Notes: generated from the sequence alone by a model not told the origin. Shown: positions 19,423 through 28,765, numbered from the stretch's first letter. The stretch: DNA of 64,000 nucleotides from Candidatus Dormibacteria bacterium (GCA_049521435.1 JBEKOU010000007.1:63831-127830); one strand, 5' to 3'. A program made the numbers and translations.

Positions 19423-19712
19423 CGTCCGCCGCGGGCGACATCCGCGTCGGTGTGAGGAGCGTGATGCGACACCTTCCCGGATGCGAGGGTCCTGCTCCCG
19501 CCATCGGCGTGTTCCCGCGCATTCGCAGGACGTCACAATCATCGCACTGGATGTTGCGAAGCCCGTGTGGTGAGCACAGCGCGTTCACCGCGACTTCGTC
19601 GTGTGCCCGGGTCGGAACCCCGACCGGATGCGCAGGCAAATCGTCACAAGTGGACTTTGCGAACAGCTTTCGCACAAGCGACGAGAGGCATCGTCAGATG
19701 CGCGGTCACCGG

Positions 19713-19731
19713 TTGTCCACAGTGTGCACAC
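19713..19731. promoter_or_regulatory. DnaA box (TTGTCCACA) with an adjacent degenerate inverted box
   Basis: Exact high-GC-type DnaA box at 19713-19721, followed by TGTGCACAC. Confidence 0.45.
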
Positions 19732-19806
19732 CTCTGCCGCTTGCACCCTGCGCGCCGATCGGCGGACTCCTCACACACCTGTTCCTTGCAGACCTGAAAT
19801 GGGGTG

Positions 19807-19837
19807 TTGACAGCCAACCAGTGAGCAGTCGTAGACT
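19807..19837 (+). promoter_or_regulatory. Sigma70-type promoter
   Basis: TTGACA-N19-TAGACT (long spacer) upstream of the GGAGGT SD. Confidence 0.5.
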
Positions 19838-19859
19838 GGCCTAACTCATGGAGGTGGGT

Positions 19860-20165
19860 GTGCGACACGCGACTCAAGGTCGCCTGCCGGCGGTGCGGTT
19901 GTGCGCTCGTCGGGGGTGCGGCGAACCGGTGAAGAAGCCGACCAACAAGTACTGCAGCGTGCACTGCTGTGCCATCGACCCCGAGCGGCTCGAGCGGTTG
20001 AGGGCCCAGGCACAGCGCGGTTCGCGGCGCACCGTGCTGCCGCTCGCCCACCAGCTCTCGCTGGAGATCTGGGGCTCGTCGTTCGCCAACCCGGAGGCCG
20101 AGATCGAGCTCCTCGGCGAGAGCCGCGAGGACGTGCCGCGGGGCATGTCCCGTCTCGTCGTCTGA
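19860..20165 (+). CDS. Small Cys-rich hypothetical protein (putative Zn finger, QLSL motif)
   Basis: GGAGGT SD before GTG 19860 (alternative ATG 19848); CARRGC...KYCSVHCC; HQLSLEIW. Confidence 0.7.
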   Translation: MRHATQGRLPAVRLCARRGCGEPVKKPTNKYCSVHCCAIDPERLERLRAQAQRGSRRTVLPLAHQLSLEIWGSSFANPEAEIELLGESREDVPRGMSRLVV

Positions 20166-20277
20166 CCCTGCCGCGCGGGGGCCCTTCGCACCCCACGTCG
20201 GGTGCGGCCACCTCCGCTGAGCCGGAGGCGGCCGCGGGCGTGACCCGGAGGCGCCGCTTCCGTACAATGCGGCCACC

Positions 20278-22086
20278 ATGCCAGAGGACGTCGACGATGC
20301 CGCCGAAGCCGGGCCGCCGCTGGAGGCCCCGGTCGAGCTGACCCTGGACATCCTCCGGCACAGCGCCGCCCACCTCATGGCCGCAGCCGTCTGCGAGCTG
20401 TTCCCGGGGACGCAGTACGACGTGGGTCCGTCGATCGAGGACGGGTTCTTCTACAACTTCCTTCTCCCCGAGGACCGCCACCTCACCGACGGAGACCTGG
20501 CCGCCATCGAGGCCCGGATGGGCGAGCTGGTGAAGCGACACGTTCCGTATCACCGCGAGGTGCTGCCCCGCGACGAAGCCCGGCATCTCTTCGACGGGAT
20601 GGGGCAGGAGTTCAAGGTCGCGATCATCGACCGTCTGGCCCCGGACGTCACCGGCGTGAGCGTCTACCGCACCGGTGCCTTCGTGGACCTCTGCCGCGGG
20701 CCCCACGTCTCCGACAGTGGTGCCATCGCCGCCGTCAAGCTGCTTCGTGTCGCCGGCGTCTACTGGCGCGGCGACGAGCACAACCCCCAGCTCCAGCGCG
20801 TCTATGGGACCGCCTGGTTCAGCCCCGCCGAGCTCGACGCCTACCTGGAGCGGATCGCCGAGGCCGAGCGCCGCGACCACCGCCGCCTCGGTCGCGAGCT
20901 GGAGCTGTTCCACTTCGACGCCTCGGCGCCGGGCATGCCCTACTGGCTGCCCAACGGCGTGATCGTGCTCAACGAGCTGATCGACTTCTGGCGCAAGGAC
21001 CACCGGGCCCGCGGCTACCAGGAGGTGATGACGCCGCTCATCAACGAGAAGGCCCTCTGGGAGACGTCGGGTCACTGGGACCACTATCGCGACGACATGT
21101 TCCTCTTCCCGGTGGACGAGCAGACCACCTACGGCCTCAAGCCGATGAACTGTCCCAACGCCCACGTCATTTTCAACCTGCGCCGCCACAGCTACCGCGA
21201 GCTGCCCCTCCGCTACTCGGACATCGACCCGCTGCATCGCTTCGAGCGCTCGGGCACGTTGCACGGGCTGCTGCGGGTGCGCAAGTTCATGCAGGACGAC
21301 GCCCACATCTTCGTCACCGAGGAGCAGATCGAGGAGGAGTACGCGCGCATCCTCGAGATCACGCGCATCTACTACGGCATCTTCGACCTCGAGTACTCGC
21401 TCCGGCTCGGAACGCGGCCCGCCGACTTCATGGGCGACCCGGAGACCTGGGATCTGGCCGAGGCCGCGCTGCTGCGCATCCTGGAAGCGAACGAGGGGAT
21501 TCCCTTCACCGTCGAGGCGGGGGAGGGGGCCTTCTACGGGCCCAAGATCGACATCCTGATGAAGGACGCCATCGGCCGCTCCTGGCAGACGGGGACCATT
21601 CAGCTCGACTTCCAGCAGCCTCGCCGGTTCGGCTGCGAGTACATCGACGCCTCGGGTGGGGCGCGCACGCCGGTCACCATCCACCGCGTCATCTACGGAT
21701 CCCTGGAGCGCTTCATCGGCATCCTCCTCGAGCACTTCGCGGGCCAGCTCCCCCTCTGGCTGGCGGCCGTCCAGGTCGAGGTGGTGCCCGTGCAGGACGA
21801 CGTCGAGGCGGTCATGGACTGCGCCCGGAGCCTGGTCGATCGGCTGGGGGCGGCGGGGCTTCGCGCCGCGGTCAGCGATTCTCCGGGCAACCGGATGCAG
21901 GCGCGCATCCGCGACGCGGAGCTGCGCAAGGTGCCGTACGTGGTCGTGGTGGGCAAGCGCGACGTGGAGCGCGGTGACGACGTGGTCACGGTGCGCGACA
22001 CGCGCCGTGGCGGGACCGAGCAGCGGAGCGCACCCGACCTCATCGCCCTGCTCAACGACGAGGTCGCGAGCCGGCGGCCGAGCTGA
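20278..22086 (+). CDS. thrS: Threonine--tRNA ligase (lacks N-terminal TGS domain)
   Basis: LRHSAAHLMA, DLCRGPH, RDHRRLG, KPMNCP, GAFYGPKID, IHRVIYGSLERF. Confidence 0.97.
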   Translation: MPEDVDDAAEAGPPLEAPVELTLDILRHSAAHLMAAAVCELFPGTQYDVGPSIEDGFFYNFLLPEDRHLTDGDLAAIEARMGELVKRHVPYHREVLPRDEARHLFDGMGQEFKVAIIDRLAPDVTGVSVYRTGAFVDLCRGPHVSDSGAIAAVKLLRVAGVYWRGDEHNPQLQRVYGTAWFSPAELDAYLERIAEAERRDHRRLGRELELFHFDASAPGMPYWLPNGVIVLNELIDFWRKDHRARGYQEVMTPLINEKALWETSGHWDHYRDDMFLFPVDEQTTYGLKPMNCPNAHVIFNLRRHSYRELPLRYSDIDPLHRFERSGTLHGLLRVRKFMQDDAHIFVTEEQIEEEYARILEITRIYYGIFDLEYSLRLGTRPADFMGDPETWDLAEAALLRILEANEGIPFTVEAGEGAFYGPKIDILMKDAIGRSWQTGTIQLDFQQPRRFGCEYIDASGGARTPVTIHRVIYGSLERFIGILLEHFAGQLPLWLAAVQVEVVPVQDDVEAVMDCARSLVDRLGAAGLRAAVSDSPGNRMQARIRDAELRKVPYVVVVGKRDVERGDDVVTVRDTRRGGTEQRSAPDLIALLNDEVASRRPS

Positions 22087-22132
22087 GGGTGCGGGGCGAC
22101 CCGCGCCCGGCATCGCCGGCTTGCCGAGAGCG

Positions 22133-22855
22133 TTGACGCGGCGCCTGCGCAGGCTCACCGACCTGGTCGCCGAGCTCGACCCCACCGCCGACCCCGCCGC
22201 CCTGGTGGCGAGCGGGGAGATCGAGGTCGATGGTTTCGCCGTGATCAATCCCGAGGCCCGCGTCCCAGCCGGGGCGCAGGTGCGGCGCCGGCGTCCGGCG
22301 ACCCTGCGCGGCGAGGCCAAGCTCTCCGCCGCCCTCGCCGCGTTCGGCATCGACGTTCTGGGCCGGGTGGCCCTCGACGTCGGCGCGGCCGCCGGTGGCT
22401 TCACCCGTGTCCTCCTGGAGGCGGGTGCGCGGCGCGTCTACGCCGTCGACGCGGGTCACGGCCAGCTGCTCGGGTCGCTGCGCCAGGACCCGCGCGTGGT
22501 CAACCTGGAGGCGACCAACGTCGCCGACCTCACGCCGGTGCTGGTCCCAGATGCGGTCGAGGTGGTGAGCATCGACGTCTCCTACCTGTCGCTCAGCGTT
22601 GCCGTCGCCCAGCTGGACCGCATCCACCTCGCCCCGGGAGCCGACCTCGTCGGCCTGGTCAAGCCGATGTTCGAGCTGCGCCGGGCGACGGCTCCGAGCG
22701 ACGACGCGAGTCTGGCCGACGCCCTGGCGGTCGCCCTCGCCGGCGTGGAGGCGGCAGGTTGGCAGGTGATCGCGAACATCGCTTCTCCGGTGCTCGGGGC
22801 CCGGGGCGCGCGCGAGCTGCTCCTCCACGCGCGGCGCGCCCTGATGGCGGGGTGA
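22133..22855 (+). CDS. Second TlyA-like rRNA methyltransferase (divergent paralog)
   Basis: LRGEAKL, LDVGAAAGGFT, YAVDAGHGQL, DVSYLSL, VKPMFE; start uncertain (TTG 22121 or 22133). Confidence 0.85.
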   Translation: MTRRLRRLTDLVAELDPTADPAALVASGEIEVDGFAVINPEARVPAGAQVRRRRPATLRGEAKLSAALAAFGIDVLGRVALDVGAAAGGFTRVLLEAGARRVYAVDAGHGQLLGSLRQDPRVVNLEATNVADLTPVLVPDAVEVVSIDVSYLSLSVAVAQLDRIHLAPGADLVGLVKPMFELRRATAPSDDASLADALAVALAGVEAAGWQVIANIASPVLGARGARELLLHARRALMAG

Positions 22856-22941
22856 GGCGAGCCCGGCTGAGCCGGGCCGCCGAGGGGCGGCGAGCCCCTG
22901 TGAGAAGGAAAGGGGTCGCCGCGCCGCCTGCGGCGTGGGGC
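22841..22941. repeat. REP/MITE-like repeat (right, inverted copy)
   Basis: Reverse complement of 19091-19189 with a few mismatches and indels; contains the tlyA2 stop codon. Confidence 0.8.
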
Positions 22942-22954
22942 TCCGCCGCCCCCG

Positions 22955-23079
22955 TGGTATGCTCCGGCGCTGGACGCCTAGTGCGCCGCCAAGAGGGTCC
23001 GTGAACACGGCCCCACCTTCCGGGTCCGCCTTGAAGGTCCAGCCGACCCAGCCTGGATAGCGGAAGCTATCCGTTTTTT
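22955..23079 (+). promoter_or_regulatory. Extended -10 promoter and L20-leader-like attenuator of infC-rpmI-rplT
   Basis: TGGTATGCT at 22955-22963; CTTCCG (23017-23022) is complementary to CGGAAG (23061-23066) in the terminator hairpin. Confidence 0.65.
23055..23079 (+). terminator. Intrinsic terminator in the infC leader
   Basis: GGATAGC-GGAA-GCTATCC followed by GTTTTTT. Confidence 0.8.
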
Positions 23080-23111
23080 GTTTCAGCCGGTTTTTCGGGA
23101 GGTCCCACCCC

Positions 23112-23747
23112 ATCGCATTCCGAGAGCTGCGGGTCAACGACCAGATCCGGTTGCCCATGGTCCGACTCTTCGACGACACCACCCAAGAGGCCTTCGGCAT
23201 CGTTGCCCTGGAGCGGGCCAAGCAGCTCGCCCTCGAGCGCGAGCTGGACCTCGTGGAGGTGGCTCCCCAGGCCCAGCCCCCGGTGTGCCGGCTGATGGAC
23301 TACGGGCGGTTCAAGTTCGAGGCGCTCAAGCGGGAGAAGGAGAGTCGGCGCGAGCACAACGTCATCACCGTCAAGGAGATGAAGCTCCGGCCCAAGATCT
23401 CGGAGCACGATTTCCAGACCAAGTTCGGCTACGTGAAGCACTTCTTGGAGGACGGGGATAAGGTCAAGCTGACCATCGTCTTCCGCGGGCGCGAGCTGGT
23501 CCACCAGGAGTACGGACGCAAGCTGCTCGACCGGATGGCCGAGGAGCTGCGCAACCTGGCCGCCATCGAACGCAACGCCCTCGTCGAGGGCCGGAACATG
23601 ACCATGATCCTCAGCCCGGCCCACAAGAAGCCGAGCAAACCTGAGACCACGCGAGCGGAGGACGACCGGGACCACGAGGCCGTTGCGCCGAGTGATGAGC
23701 CGGCCGTTGAAGGGAGCCAGCCAGATGCCCAAGATTCGCAACCATAG
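23112..23747 (+). CDS. infC: Translation initiation factor IF-3 (non-canonical ATC start)
   Basis: GGAGGT SD then ATC-GCA-TTC-CGA-GAG-CTG-CGG-GTC-AAC (RELRVNDQIR); LDLVEVAP, PPVCRLMDYG, FRGRE. Confidence 0.95.
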   Translation: MAFRELRVNDQIRLPMVRLFDDTTQEAFGIVALERAKQLALERELDLVEVAPQAQPPVCRLMDYGRFKFEALKREKESRREHNVITVKEMKLRPKISEHDFQTKFGYVKHFLEDGDKVKLTIVFRGRELVHQEYGRKLLDRMAEELRNLAAIERNALVEGRNMTMILSPAHKKPSKPETTRAEDDRDHEAVAPSDEPAVEGSQPDAQDSQP

Positions 23748-23922
23748 GGGTACGAAGAAGCGCTTCCGCGTCACCCCCACCGGGAAGGTGATGCGGCGGC
23801 ATGCCAGCCAGTCGCACATCCTGGAGAAGAAGAGCCAGAAGCGGAAGCGGCTCTTTGCGGGCGAGGCGGCGGTATCCCATGCCGACCTCCGCCAGATCCA
23901 TAAGAACGCCCCGTATCTGTAA
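23725..23922 (+). CDS. rpmI: 50S ribosomal protein L35
   Basis: MPKIRNHRGTKKRFRVTPTGK...HILEKKSQKRKR. Confidence 0.95.
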   Translation: MPKIRNHRGTKKRFRVTPTGKVMRRHASQSHILEKKSQKRKRLFAGEAAVSHADLRQIHKNAPYL

Positions 23923-23934
23923 GGAGGTCCCGCC

Positions 23935-24297
23935 ATGGCCAGGGTCAAACGGGGGGTAACCCAGCGCGCTCGCCACAAGCGGGTCCTCGATCGCGCCGAG
24001 GGGATGCAGGGGAGCCGCCACCGGCTGCACAAATCTGCCAACGAGGCGGTCATGCACTCGCTGGCGTACGCCTATCGCGACCGCAAGCAGCGGAAGAGCG
24101 ACATGCGCGGCCTCTGGATCGCCCGGATCAACGCGGCCGCCCGCCAGAACGGGCTGCCCTACAACCAGCTGATGCACGGTCTGAAGTCGGCCGGTATCGA
24201 CATCGACCGCAAGCAGCTGGCCGACCTCGCCGTCACCGACACCGACGCCTTCAACCGTCTGGTTGCGGTGGCCAAGGGCGCGCTCTCCGCCGCCTGA
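23935..24297 (+). CDS. rplT: 50S ribosomal protein L20
   Basis: [36 protein letters not shown]. Confidence 0.97.
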   Translation: MARVKRGVTQRARHKRVLDRAEGMQGSRHRLHKSANEAVMHSLAYAYRDRKQRKSDMRGLWIARINAAARQNGLPYNQLMHGLKSAGIDIDRKQLADLAVTDTDAFNRLVAVAKGALSAA

Positions 24298-24328
24298 CGG
24301 CGGCCCGCGCGACCAGCGGAGAGAGACG

Positions 24329-25366
24329 CTGACTGAGGGCGAGGTCACCGACGATCTGCACGAGGTCCTGGGGCGAGGACTGGAGGCGGTGCGCGCCGCC
24401 ACGGACCTGGTTGCCCTCGACCAGGCACGGGCCCGCTTCCTCGGCCGCGGCGACGGCGAGCTGACCCTGATGAGGCGTCGTATCGGCACCATCGCCGATG
24501 CCGACGCCAAGCGCCAGTACGGCATCTCGGTCAACGAGGCGTGCCGCCGGCTCGAGGAGGACGTGGAGGCCCGTCGCGCCCAGCTGGCGCGGGAGCAGCG
24601 TGAGGTCGCCGTCCTGGCCGAGGCCCTCGATCTGACCTCGCCGGCCCCGCCGCTCCGGCGCGGCCACCTCCACCCGGTGACCCGGATGACCCGGGAGATC
24701 CGCCGGGTCTTCACCCAGCTCGGGTACCTCACCCTGAGCGGCCCGGAGGTGGAGTACGACCGCTACAACTTCACCCTCGTCAACATGCCGCCGGGGCACC
24801 CGTCCCGCGACACCCAGGACACCTTCTACATCGACGACTCCCGGCTGCTTCGCACCCAGACGACGCCGGTGCAGATCCGCGCCATGGTGGCCCTCGGCGC
24901 ACCCCTCCGGGTGATCGTGCCCGGCAAGGTCTTCCGCCGTGACAATGACCCCACCCACTCGCCGGTCTTCCACCAGGTTGAGGGGCTGCTCGTCGACGAG
25001 GGGGTGACCGCGGGCGATCTCAAGGGCACCCTTGAGTTCCTCGCCCGCTCCATCTTCGGCGCGGAGCGCGCCATTCGGCTGCGGCCTCACAACTTCTCCT
25101 TCACCGAGCCCTCGCTGGAGCTGGACGTCTCCTGCATGGTGTGCGGCGGCGGCGGCTGCCGGCTCTGCAAGCACAGTGGCTGGATCGAGGTCCTGGGGAG
25201 TGGGATGGTCCACCCGGACGTGCTCCGCAACGTGGGCGTGGACCCGGAGCGCTACACGGGCTTCGCCTTCGGCTTCGGCATCGAGCGGGCCGCCCAACTC
25301 GCCTACGGGATCGACGACGTGCGCATCCTCTACGAGAACGACGTCCGCCTGGTGGGCCAGGGATGA
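24329..25366 (+). CDS. pheS: Phenylalanine--tRNA ligase alpha subunit
   Basis: GHLHPV, HPSRDTQDTFY, LRTQTTPVQ, FHQVEG, FTEPS, GFAFGFGIER; start uncertain (probable CTG 24329 after GGAGAG). Confidence 0.95.
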   Translation: MTEGEVTDDLHEVLGRGLEAVRAATDLVALDQARARFLGRGDGELTLMRRRIGTIADADAKRQYGISVNEACRRLEEDVEARRAQLAREQREVAVLAEALDLTSPAPPLRRGHLHPVTRMTREIRRVFTQLGYLTLSGPEVEYDRYNFTLVNMPPGHPSRDTQDTFYIDDSRLLRTQTTPVQIRAMVALGAPLRVIVPGKVFRRDNDPTHSPVFHQVEGLLVDEGVTAGDLKGTLEFLARSIFGAERAIRLRPHNFSFTEPSLELDVSCMVCGGGGCRLCKHSGWIEVLGSGMVHPDVLRNVGVDPERYTGFAFGFGIERAAQLAYGIDDVRILYENDVRLVGQG

Positions 25367-27825
25367 AGATCTCCCTGGAATGGCTCCGGGAGTACGCGGA
25401 TCTCGACGCTCCCGTCGATGAGCTGGTCCGCCTCCTGGTCGATACCGGCACCGAGGTCGACCGCGTCGAACGCGCCGCCGCCGGCACGATCGTGGCCCGG
25501 GTGCTGGAGCTGGCGGCGATCCCCGAGTCGACCCGCGGGGTCCGGCTCGCCGACATCGACATCGGGGACGGAAAGACGATCCGTCTCGTGACCGGCGCAC
25601 CCAATGTGAAGGTCGGGGACCTGGTCCCCTACGCGCCGCCAGGCACGGTCCTCCCCGGTTTCCCCGAACCGCTCGGGATCCGGTCGATGTTCGGCGGCAA
25701 GTACAGCTCCCCCGGCATGATGCTCTCGGCCGTCGAGTTGGGGATCGGCGAGGACGCGGCGGGGCTGCTCATCCTGGAGCGGGGCAGGCCGGGCCAGCCC
25801 CTCCACGAGGTCCTGCCCCTGGACGTGGTCCTGGACGTCGAGGTGACCACCAACCGGCCCGACTGCCTCTGCCACGTCGGGATCGCGCGCGAGCTGGCCG
25901 CCGCCCTCGGCGAAACCCTCCGCGAGCCCGCCGTCAATGTCCCCGAGGGGCTGCTCTCCGCGTCCGCATCGAGCCAGCGTGCCCGCGTGCGCATCGAGGA
26001 CCCGGTGGGCTGCCGCCGCTTCACCGCGGTGGTCATCGAGGGGGTGGCGGCGGGGGAGTCGCCGGATTGGCTCAAGCGGCGGCTGCGCGCCATCGGGCTC
26101 AGACCGATCAGCGGGTTGGTCGACGTCACCAACTATGTGACCCACGAGCTCGGCCACCCGCTCCACGCTTTCGACATCGAGCGGGTCGCCGCCCTGGATG
26201 GCGGGGGCCGCCCGGTCACTTTGACAGTGCGGCGGGCTCGCGCTGGGGAGAGCCTCGAGTGCCTCGACGGGACGACCCGCGCCCTCGACCCCGCGGACAT
26301 GATCATCGCCGCCGGCGGCGTGCCGGTCAGCCTCGCCGGGGTGATAGGCGGCACCTCGACAGCCATCGGCGACGCCACCCGCGCCGTGCTCCTGGAGGCG
26401 GCCAACTGGGAGCCGGCCGCGATCCGGGCGACCTCCCGCCGCCACTCCCTGCGGACCGACGCCTCCGCCCTCTACGACAAGGGGCTGCCCGACGACCTGG
26501 CGCCCCTGGCCCTGGGGAGGGCCGCGGCCCTGATCGCCTCCATCGCGGGGGGTCATGTGCTGAAGGACCCCATCGACGAGCATCCCTCGCCGCTCCCTCC
26601 CCTGGAGCCCATCGAGGTGACCGGCGCATGGCTCGGAGGCTTGCTCGGCTACCCGGTGGACATCCACGAGGCGTCCACGGTCCTGGCCCACCTCGGTTTC
26701 GCGGTCGAGCAGGCGGGAGACCGGCTCACCGTCCATCCGCCCTACTTCCGGCGTGACGTCCGCATCCCCGTGGACGTTGCCGAGGAGGTCGGCCGCGGGC
26801 TCGGCTACGCGCGCCTGCCGAGCACCCTGCCAGGTCACCGCACCGAGGTCCGCCAGCTGGCCGCCGAGGCCCCGATGGAGGACCGGGTGCGCGACGTCTG
26901 CGTCGGCGCCGGCTTCGACGAGGTCCTCCCCTACGTCTTTCTGCGGCCGGATGCGGCCCGCTGGCTGCCCGGTCTCGGCGAGGGCCGCCATCCGATACCG
27001 CTGCTGAACCCGCTGAGCGACGAGATGACCCATCTGCGGGTGAGCCTGCTCCCCGGTCTCTGCCAGGTGCTCGCTCTCAACCAGAGCCGCGGGGTCTCCG
27101 GCGCCGCCATCTTCGAGCTGGGACGCGCCTTCTGGGAGGGGGAGCGCGACGGACTGGCCCCCGGCTCCACACCTGACGGCGAGGACCGCAAGCTCCCCCC
27201 GCTCCCCGCGGAGCCGCTCCTCTTGGGCCTGGTGACCCACGTCGAGGGTGACGCGACGGCGGCGGCAGCCGCTCTGCGTCACTCTCAATCGCTCGTCGAA
27301 CGGCTGCTCCACGACCTGAGCGGGGAATCGGTGACCGTGGAGCCGGCCGAGATTCCCGGCCTGCGCACCGGCCGCGCCGCCTGGATACGTGCCGGCGGCG
27401 GCCGTGTCGGCATGGTCGGGGAGCTGGACGTCGATACCGCGGAGCGGTTCGAGCTGCGCGGCCGCATCGCCGTTGCCGAGCTCCACCTCGAGGAGCTCGC
27501 CAACCAGGCCCACCGCCCCGCCCAATACCGGCCCGTCCCGCGATTCCCGGCCGTCACCCACGATCTCTCGGTCACCGTCCCCATCCTCCAGCGGGCCGGC
27601 GACGCGCTGTTGGTGGTGCGGGAGGCGGGAGGACCCCTCCTCGAGGCGGTCGAGCTGCGTGACGAGTTCCGTGGGGCGCAGCTGGGGGAGGGGCGCAAGG
27701 GATGGACCTTCCGGCTCACCTTCCGCAGCCCCGAGCGAACCCTCACCACCGAGGAGGCGCAGGAGTGGCAGGAGGCCGTCATGCTCGCGCTGCGCACCCG
27801 CTGCACCGCCGAGCTGCGCACGTAG
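25363..27825 (+). CDS. pheT: Phenylalanine--tRNA ligase beta subunit
   Basis: MKISLEWLREY, TTNRPDCL, VDVTNYV, DVAEEVGR, RFPAVTHDL, FRSPERTLT. Confidence 0.96.
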   Translation: MKISLEWLREYADLDAPVDELVRLLVDTGTEVDRVERAAAGTIVARVLELAAIPESTRGVRLADIDIGDGKTIRLVTGAPNVKVGDLVPYAPPGTVLPGFPEPLGIRSMFGGKYSSPGMMLSAVELGIGEDAAGLLILERGRPGQPLHEVLPLDVVLDVEVTTNRPDCLCHVGIARELAAALGETLREPAVNVPEGLLSASASSQRARVRIEDPVGCRRFTAVVIEGVAAGESPDWLKRRLRAIGLRPISGLVDVTNYVTHELGHPLHAFDIERVAALDGGGRPVTLTVRRARAGESLECLDGTTRALDPADMIIAAGGVPVSLAGVIGGTSTAIGDATRAVLLEAANWEPAAIRATSRRHSLRTDASALYDKGLPDDLAPLALGRAAALIASIAGGHVLKDPIDEHPSPLPPLEPIEVTGAWLGGLLGYPVDIHEASTVLAHLGFAVEQAGDRLTVHPPYFRRDVRIPVDVAEEVGRGLGYARLPSTLPGHRTEVRQLAAEAPMEDRVRDVCVGAGFDEVLPYVFLRPDAARWLPGLGEGRHPIPLLNPLSDEMTHLRVSLLPGLCQVLALNQSRGVSGAAIFELGRAFWEGERDGLAPGSTPDGEDRKLPPLPAEPLLLGLVTHVEGDATAAAAALRHSQSLVERLLHDLSGESVTVEPAEIPGLRTGRAAWIRAGGGRVGMVGELDVDTAERFELRGRIAVAELHLEELANQAHRPAQYRPVPRFPAVTHDLSVTVPILQRAGDALLVVREAGGPLLEAVELRDEFRGAQLGEGRKGWTFRLTFRSPERTLTTEEAQEWQEAVMLALRTRCTAELRT

Positions 27826-27850
27826 CAACGGCTCGCGGGCGACCGTTGCC

Positions 27851-28276
27851 GTGACCCGCGCGACCGAGGAGTCCAACCGGCGGCTGCTGCGCGCTCGCGA
27901 CGCCATGGATCGCGCCTACCCAGAGGTGCTGGACGTGCCGGCGCTGGCGGCCATCGCGGTCATGTCGGAGGCGCACTTCATCCGCTCCTTCCGGGCCGCC
28001 TTCGGCGAGACCCCGCACCGATACCTGCAGCGACGCCGTGTCGAACGCGCCATGTACCTGCTCCGCCGGACGGACCGCAGCGTTACCGACGTCTGCCTCG
28101 ACGTCGGCTTCGCCAGCCTGGGGACGTTCAGCCGAACCTTCCGCCAGGTGGTCGGACTGACCCCGTCGGAGTACCGGGATGCGGGACGTGCGGATCGACA
28201 CCGTCAGGCGGCTTCCGCGGTGCCCACCTGCTTCGCGATGGCCTGGGGTCGGCCCAGCAGTTTTGGAGAAGCGTAG
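27851..28276 (+). CDS. Short AraC family transcriptional regulator (DNA-binding domain only)
   Basis: LLRARDAMD, HFIRSFRAAFGETPH, VGFASLGTFSRTF. Confidence 0.9.
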   Translation: MTRATEESNRRLLRARDAMDRAYPEVLDVPALAAIAVMSEAHFIRSFRAAFGETPHRYLQRRRVERAMYLLRRTDRSVTDVCLDVGFASLGTFSRTFRQVVGLTPSEYRDAGRADRHRQAASAVPTCFAMAWGRPSSFGEA

Positions 28277-28336
28277 CCGCGCGGCGTCCGATACCCTGGC
28301 GACATCGGTCCACACCGCTCGACGGGGAGGCAGCAG

Positions 28337-28765
28337 GTGCTCAGCTCGCTCAGGATCTCGCAGATCTACGTGCTCGACCAGGATCAGGCCCTCGACTTCT
28401 ATGTGGGCAAGCTCGGTCTGGAGGTCAACACCGACGCCGACCTTGGCTTCATGCGCTTCCTCACCGTCAACGTGCCCGGGGCACCCGACCGCCAGATCTT
28501 CCTGGAGAAGCCCGGGCCGCCCATGCTCGACCCGGCCACGACCGAGCAGGTCCGCGACCTGCTGACCAAGGGGCGCAGCGGGGGCCACCTCTTCTTCACC
28601 ACCGACGATGCCGCGCGCAGCTGCGAGGAGCTGCGCGGCAGGGGTGTCGACATCACCCAGGAGCCCACCGAACAGGCCTATGGGATCGATTTCGGACTGC
28701 GCGATCCGTTCGGCAACCACATCAGGGTCGCCCAGATGCGTGAGGCGGACGTGGCGGCGGGCTGA
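28337..28765 (+). CDS. VOC (glyoxalase/bleomycin resistance) family protein
   Basis: VLDQDQALDFYVGKLG, EPTEQAYGIDFGLRDPFGN. Confidence 0.9.
   Translation: MLSSLRISQIYVLDQDQALDFYVGKLGLEVNTDADLGFMRFLTVNVPGAPDRQIFLEKPGPPMLDPATTEQVRDLLTKGRSGGHLFFTTDDAARSCEELRGRGVDITQEPTEQAYGIDFGLRDPFGNHIRVAQMREADVAAG

Noticed and set aside
19349-22941. Genomic island integrated at tRNA-Val
   Set aside because: No integrase and no duplicated tRNA 3' end seen; the downstream genes are core genes.
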